Source: Crassaminicella indica
Lineage (GTDB): Bacteria; Bacillota; Clostridia; Peptostreptococcales; Thermotaleaceae
Direction: 5' to 3'
Length of the DNA: 32,000 nt
NCBI RefSeq assembly: GCF_019203185.1
Contig: NZ_CP078093.1
Coordinates: forward strand, 2,700,389-2,732,388
Shown here: positions 29,273 through 32,000 of the stretch, piece after piece
How positions within the stretch are numbered: the first letter of the stretch is position 1
Layout of the letters: every line of letters starts with the position of its first letter
Notes under the pieces: generated by a model
Told to the model about the DNA's origin: nothing
The model's input: the letters and a program-made list of their open reading frames with translations, nothing else
Database searches by the model: none
Translations under genes and position numbers: made by a program

Positions 29273-30023
29273 TATAAAATTCCCCCTCTTTTTTTAATCT
29301 TTGCATTTTTTTATTTTTAATAGCAAATTCTTGAAATGACTTACATTCTTTAATCCATTTCTGATCCCAATAATTCCATTCATACTCTAGTTGCCCAACA
29401 GCTATTTGTTTATCAATGAGAATACTATAATAATTTTGATAAAATCCAAAGTAATCTTCCAAAAACTTATTTGAGTATCCATAATTATTTTGTATAGAAT
29501 TTAAAAATTCAGCTGCACTTGTTTCTATAAACTCTTTAATTTTATCTCTCTTTTTAATAAAAACATAATTGCCTAAATTCTTAATACCTATCGACTCTTG
29601 TATTTCACACATATGTTCTTTTACAAACTCTTGTCCACTACTCATTGTAGTAGTTAATGTAAATCCTAATTTGCCAGCATAATTCATTAAATGGGCTGAA
29701 CTAAATATTCTATCCTCAAAAGTTTTCATAATTCCCGATATATTGTTAAAATAAACGGGACTAGCAAAAAACACAATGTCTGATTCTAATAATTTTTTTC
29801 TTATCTTAAAAAAGTCATCATGCTCATCTACTAAGCAAAATCCATTATCTAAACAATTTGAACATCCAAGGCAATAATTTATTTTATAATCTCTTAAACA
29901 AATTATCTCCGAGTCATAACTCGTATCTAAAATCTGAATTTTTTCCAAAATTCTTTTCGTTAACAAATTTGTAATAGAATTATTGTTATTACTACCAACA
30001 ACAGCTACTATTTTACATTTCAC
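29262..30023 (-). CDS. flavodoxin-fold NAD(P)H:FMN oxidoreductase-like protein (candidate lanthipeptide tailoring enzyme); not HFCD/LanD-like
   Basis: GTG start with AAGGAAG RBS. KIVAVVGSNNNNSIT (phosphate loop), CLGCSNCLDNGFC, DIVFFASPVYFNNISGIMKTFEDR are typical of the FMN_red/flavodoxin_2 family. About 100-aa C-terminal extension of unknown function. Confidence 0.7.
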   Translation of the reverse strand: MKCKIVAVVGSNNNNSITNLLTKRILEKIQILDTSYDSEIICLRDYKINYCLGCSNCLDNGFCLVDEHDDFFKIRKKLLESDIVFFASPVYFNNISGIMKTFEDRIFSSAHLMNYAGKLGFTLTTTMSSGQEFVKEHMCEIQESIGIKNLGNYVFIKKRDKIKEFIETSAAEFLNSIQNNYGYSNKFLEDYFGFYQNYYSILIDKQIAVGQLEYEWNYWDQKWIKECKSFQEFAIKNKKMQRLKKEGEFYNDR

Positions 30024-30151
30024 TATATCATCACTTCCTTATTACTACATGATTTTTTTAATAATTAATTTAGTAATAGTACATCCAAATGTTGTATGTG
30101 ATGTAATACTATATCTATTTATGGTTATTTTTTTTACTCCTTTTATTTGCA

Positions 30152-30176
30152 CAGTAGGTGATCAAAGGGGTCGTAA
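30152..30176. repeat. left arm of a perfect 25-bp inverted repeat (cagtaggtgatcaaaggggtcgtaa)
   Basis: Exact reverse complement of 30737-30761. Lies in the lanA2-flavoprotein intergenic region. GC-richer than its surroundings. Confidence 0.95.
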
Positions 30177-30221
30177 TATTTTATTACAGTTTAATTATAT
30201 AGTTCTACCTAATTATTTTAT

Positions 30222-30425
30222 TTAGCAGCGTGTACCTTCTCCTGGTTTAGCAGCATTACGACAAGCTGTCATATCACTTGGTGAACAATGAGTTGAAATT
30301 TCAGAACAATGTCTTTCTGATATATAAGTATAACAAAAAACATTAGCCGTCCACGCACGGCTAGTATTTTTATTATCAGTTTTAACTTTCTTTAAATTCA
30401 AATCAAAATCTTTAAATTTACCCAC
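30222..30425 (-). CDS. lanA: class I lanthipeptide precursor LanA2 (67 aa)
   Basis: GTG start with GAAGGAGAGA RBS. Leader MGKFKDFDLNLKKVKTDNKNTSR contains an FDLNL (FNLD-type) box at about -17. Core AWTANVFCYTYISERHCSEISTHCSPSDMTACRNAAKPGEGTRC has 5 Cys and 11 Ser/Thr. Confidence 0.85.
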   Translation of the reverse strand: MGKFKDFDLNLKKVKTDNKNTSRAWTANVFCYTYISERHCSEISTHCSPSDMTACRNAAKPGEGTRC

Positions 30426-30477
30426 AGTAATCTCTCCTTCATATGATTTAATTACATAATTTTATCTAACTATTTTT

Positions 30478-30684
30478 TTAGCAGCGTGTACCTTCTCCTG
30501 GCTTAGCAGCATTACGACAAGCTGTCATATCACTTGGTGAACAATGAGTTGAAGGATCAGAACAATACTTTCTTGATAAAACAGTATAGCAAGTAAGTGG
30601 ATTCATCGTCCAGTTACGAGCAGTATTTTTATTATCAGTTTTAACTTTCTTTAAATTCAAATCAAAATCTTTGAATTTACCCAT
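30478..30684 (-). CDS. lanA: class I lanthipeptide precursor LanA1 (68 aa)
   Basis: ATG start with AAGGGGGA RBS. Leader MGKFKDFDLNLKKVKTDNKNTAR. Core NWTMNPLTCYTVLSRKYCSDPSTHCSPSDMTACRNAAKPGEGTRC has 5 Cys and 11 Ser/Thr. Confidence 0.85.
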   Translation of the reverse strand: MGKFKDFDLNLKKVKTDNKNTARNWTMNPLTCYTVLSRKYCSDPSTHCSPSDMTACRNAAKPGEGTRC

Positions 30685-30736
30685 AGCAATTTCCCCCTTA
30701 TGATTTCTAACTACTATTATTGTTTTTTATTAACTC

Positions 30737-30761
30737 TTACGACCCCTTTGATCACCTACTG
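30737..30761. repeat. right arm of the perfect 25-bp inverted repeat (ttacgacccctttgatcacctactg)
   Basis: Exact reverse complement of 30152-30176. Lies in the lanB-lanA1 intergenic region. Confidence 0.95.
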
Positions 30762-30780
30762 AATTAAATATGCGGTACTT

Positions 30781-32000
30781 TTATTTTCTTTTTGTATACT
30801 TCCACTTTTCTATTAAATCATGTAAAGAATGTCTTATGATTGATAAACATTTTCCTTCGTATGCTGTATCACCAATCATACGATTGCAATACATATGATT
30901 CATAGAAAATATAATCTCTTTTTTGATATTTGTTGTTTTTTTCTTTTCAATCTGCTTTTCTAACTGTTTTTTGAATTCAAATAACATTAGCTGTCTTTTT
31001 TTATATACTTCTATTATTTTTAATAATCTTTTATCAATTTTTTCAACTTCTCCTTTTAATATGTATTCTGCGATTCTAAGATAATTTATCCTTTCTTTCT
31101 TAAATTCATCTCTATATTTATTTCTCAAATTCTCTTCATCTAAGATTTCAAGCAATTCAAATTCATCATGAGTTAGCTCTTTTAATACCGATATCATACC
31201 AACCATATATAACAGTTCTTTATCCTTTTCATTATCTAAATCAAATGAATTTAATATATTAATTACAAAAATGCTATCCGCATAAAAAAATTGTTCCGCA
31301 TATTCTATTAATTCTAATCCACCATATCTATTCACTTCTCTTTCGTATACATCAAATATAGTTCTATTAATTAAACGATTTTTTTGCAATTCAAAAATCC
31401 AAGACTTAATTCTATGTAATTTATTTAATGCTATATTTTCATTCTCAAATTTAAATCTTAGTCGTAGATGTTTTCCATTCTCATAATATCTAAGAAAAAA
31501 GAATTTCTCTAAATCTAGATCATCTAACAAACATGGTAATTCTTTTGTTAATAATTCATTTTCTTTATCTCCTAATCCATATAATTTCATATAAATCCAA
31601 CCATGGTCTCCTAAAGAAAAACGTTGACTCTTGTTTTGAATCATCCTATTGTTTTCTACAAAATCCTCTTTTATAGTCGATAAAAGTATTTTTTTATTTT
31701 CTTCATGTTGTATGAATGAAAAAACAAATTCTGCCATATAATTATTCTGGTCTAAATCCTCTACAATGGGATTGCTAAACATTTCAGTTTCGTGTAAATT
31801 CAATTCACCATTCTTCTTAACAGATGAATATATAATATCTAAGAACTCTTCATGTTTTAAATCAACTAATATTCGATGGTCTCCTTCACACAAACATACA
31901 TAGTCATCAATTTTATATTGGTGAATGACTTTATCAAAGCTTTTTTTGAACTTTTCTAAACTTTTCATATCAAAGTTCTCACTACTAAAATTCCAACTTT
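30781..32000 (-). CDS. lanB: LanB lanthipeptide dehydratase, C-terminal ~406 aa (end of glutamylation domain plus glutamate-elimination domain); 5' part outside window
   Basis: The frame stays open upstream of the track's first Met (..SWNFSSENFDMKSLEKF..) to the window edge. Lant_dehydr_C-type motifs GWIYMKLYG, FFFLRYYENGKHLRLRF, YEREVNRYGG, AEQFFYADS. Confidence 0.9.
   Translation of the reverse strand, partial: SWNFSSENFDMKSLEKFKKSFDKVIHQYKIDDYVCLCEGDHRILVDLKHEEFLDIIYSSVKKNGELNLHETEMFSNPIVEDLDQNNYMAEFVFSFIQHEENKKILLSTIKEDFVENNRMIQNKSQRFSLGDHGWIYMKLYGLGDKENELLTKELPCLLDDLDLEKFFFLRYYENGKHLRLRFKFENENIALNKLHRIKSWIFELQKNRLINRTIFDVYEREVNRYGGLELIEYAEQFFYADSIFVINILNSFDLDNEKDKELLYMVGMISVLKELTHDEFELLEILDEENLRNKYRDEFKKERINYLRIAEYILKGEVEKIDKRLLKIIEVYKKRQLMLFEFKKQLEKQIEKKKTTNIKKEIIFSMNHMYCNRMIGDTAYEGKCLSIIRHSLHDLIEKWKYTKRK

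Noticed and set aside
29262-30023. Calling the flavoprotein LanD (EpiD/MrsD-type decarboxylase) because both cores end in Cys
   Set aside because: The sequence pattern is flavodoxin_2/FMN-reductase-like (CxxCxxC after a Rossmann-like N-terminus, SPVYF..S). It is not the HFCD fold, so the LanD label would be unsupported.
29983-30225. 80-aa hydrophobic plus-strand ORF spanning the lanA2-flavoprotein intergenic region (considered as a small immunity protein)
   Set aside because: It has a TTG start without an RBS. It begins antisense inside the flavoprotein gene and ends inside the lanA2 stop region. Its hydrophobicity is what a T-rich frame yields in AT-rich DNA. It would need expression data to be revived.

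Overview
AT-rich, Clostridia-like (low-GC Firmicute) chromosomal segment. Positions 1-7400 look like ordinary backbone. They hold a partial gamma-class N6-adenine DNA methyltransferase, four uncharacterised genes, an AlaX-L type tRNA(Ala) editing protein and an NhaC-type antiporter. From about 7.4 kb onward the window is an accessory island full of decayed insertion sequences: three IS66 remnants, three IS4/IS701-like fragments, four IS3-family copies or fragments, one IS21 remnant and one apparently intact IS21. The island carries three cargo modules. (1) An S41 peptidase. (2) An agr-type quorum-sensing cassette, in the order agrC (split in two ORFs at an A5 tract), agrB, a 46-aa agrD missing from the ORF track, and a LytTR regulator. 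(3) A minus-strand class I lanthipeptide cluster: lanB (runs off the window), two tandem lanA genes, a flavodoxin-like oxidoreductase, lanC, an ABC exporter and a secreted C11 (clostripain-family) peptidase. Two IS3 insertions with intact 3-bp target duplications interrupt this cluster. The most interesting signals are: a perfect 25-bp inverted repeat exactly bracketing the two lanA genes; a mosaic lanA pair with a core I do not recognise and a C-terminal Cys; a non-HFCD flavoprotein as the only tailoring enzyme; and a C11 peptidase sitting where a subtilisin-type LanP would be expected, with both leaders ending in Arg. No rRNA, tRNA or CRISPR array was seen. All functional calls rest on motif recognition by eye; no database search was possible.
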